From an uncultured Planctomycetaceae bacterium (GTDB lineage: Bacteria; Planctomycetota; Planctomycetia; Planctomycetales; Planctomycetaceae), in contig CAWFAK010000012.1 of NCBI GenBank assembly GCA_963813715.1, forward strand, positions 224,001-288,000: a stretch of 64,000 bases of DNA. Reading direction: 5' to 3'. Position numbers and translations under genes: made by a program. The notes below the pieces were generated by a model. The model did not search any database. It saw nothing but the letters and a program-made list of their open reading frames with translations, and was not told the DNA's origin. How positions within the stretch are numbered: position 1 is the stretch's first letter; each line of letters opens with the position of its first letter. Below are positions 62,818 to 64,000 of the stretch, in pieces.

Positions 62818-64000
62818 TTAATTGTTCCCGGAAGACTCCAGGAGTTCTTCCTCTTCTTCTTGGATGATGATTCGAGGCGTGACCATCATCATCAGGCTTT
62901 CCGCTTCACGACCGATGCCCGTGTTGCGGAACAGCCGGTTGATGTACGGCAGCTGGTTCAAGATGGGAACGCCGGCCTCGTTGCGGCCTTCCCGCAAGGT
63001 CTTGATGCCGCCCAAGAGGACCGTACCGCCGTCCGGCACGCTGACCGTCGTGATGACCGTCACCGTTTGGACGACCGGCTGTTGGACCGTGATGTTACCC
63101 ACGGACAACGAGTTGGAAGTCGATGTACTGCTGGTACTGCTGGTACTTGTGGTCGACGTCGTCGTGCTTCCGCCGATACCCCCGAAGCCCGACGAACCCG
63201 AAGTACCGCCGCCGAAGCCCGTCGAACCGGCCGACCCGGACGAGCCGCTGGCACCGGGGCCCGCGCCGGTCGAACCGCTCTGGCCGGGAGCAGAGACGAA
63301 GGTGAAGGTGAACACGTCCGAGATGACACTGAAGTTCGGGACCACAGAGAGCCGCACGAAGCGCCGGTCCGCTGAGACCACCGCGGCCACCCGCATCGAT
63401 ACTCCCGAGGGAATTTGCTCGATGACGGGCTGGAACCCAACAGCGAACACACCGACGGTCGGCGTCACGCTGACCACGAACGGACGTTCCGTCACGTTGG
63501 CCACCGTCGCCGCCTGACCGTTGAAGAGCGTTACCTTGGGAGCAAACATGACGTTCGTTCGCGTGTCGCCCTGGGCGGCACGGATGAAGAAGAACGTCTC
63601 GATGTCACTCAGGATGGCAAAGCCGATCTGCATACCGGCGTCCGGATTGAAGTTGCCGAACTGCGGCACGCCGATGTCGAACGAGCCCTGCCGGAACGGA
63701 ACCGTGAGGTCCTGCGAGAAGGTTGTCGGCGAATCCATACCGACCACCGTTCCCTGGCTGGGCCATTTCTGAGTGTTGACGATGTTCAGCGGGAAGGGAA
63801 ACGCGTTGAAGGGCGCGAATCCACCGATCGACGAGCTGGAGCTGGACGTGCTCGAGGTCGAAGAGCTGGACGTGCTCGAGGTGCTGCTCGTGCTCGAGGT
63901 GCTCGAGGTCGAGCTGGTGCTGGAGCTGGAGGTCGAACTCGTGCTCGACGAGCTCGTGCTCGAAGTGCTCGTGCTGGAGGTCGAGCTGAAGATCGGGGCA
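62818..64000 (-). CDS. Secretin (GspD/PilQ-like), C-terminal part, with Ser/Thr-rich inserts
   Basis: 'APKVTLFNGQ.A', 'VS.DRR.VRL...P', 'T.VSVPDGGTVLLGG', 'GVPIL..LPYI.RLF.N', 'LMMMVTPRII'; frame stays open to the window edge. Confidence 0.92.
   Translation of the reverse strand, partial: APIFSSTSSTSTSSTSSSSTSSTSSSSTSSTSSTSSTSSTSSTSSSSTSSTSSSSSSIGGFAPFNAFPFPLNIVNTQKWPSQGTVVGMDSPTTFSQDLTVPFRQGSFDIGVPQFGNFNPDAGMQIGFAILSDIETFFFIRAAQGDTRTNVMFAPKVTLFNGQAATVANVTERPFVVSVTPTVGVFAVGFQPVIEQIPSGVSMRVAAVVSADRRFVRLSVVPNFSVISDVFTFTFVSAPGQSGSTGAGPGASGSSGSAGSTGFGGGTSGSSGFGGIGGSTTTSTTSTSSTSSTSTSNSLSVGNITVQQPVVQTVTVITTVSVPDGGTVLLGGIKTLREGRNEAGVPILNQLPYINRLFRNTGIGREAESLMMMVTPRIIIQEEEEELLESSGNN

Overview
GC-rich bacterial DNA, very likely from a Planctomycetota (Planctomycetaceae-like) genome. 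Lineage markers include a DUF1559 prepilin-like protein, a PVC-type CxxCH heme protein, H4MPT-linked C1 genes (fae, mtd, mptG) and REP-like palindromes. Single-base frameshifts occur in many unrelated genes (folP, SDR, NmrA, TPR, ExbB, GT2, RT), which suggests an indel-prone assembly rather than mass pseudogenisation. The best candidate system is a retron-like locus at about 42.0-44.3 kb: a sigma70-like promoter, a ~177-nt msr/msd-like ncRNA with a1/a2 inverted repeats and an AGC branch-point context, a retron-type reverse transcriptase (NAxxH, YADD, VTG), and an uncharacterised multi-pass membrane protein starting 18 bp downstream. Other notable items: a 983-bp IS inserted into a REP palindrome with a TCAC duplication, a duplication-born SRPBCC/DUF1579 chimera, a duplicated 3' gene relic flanking an SPFH gene, an Flp pilin missed by the ORF track, a secreted Cys/His-rich protein, an HTTM gene pair, and a ParE-type TA module. 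All family assignments come from motif recognition by eye; no searches were run.
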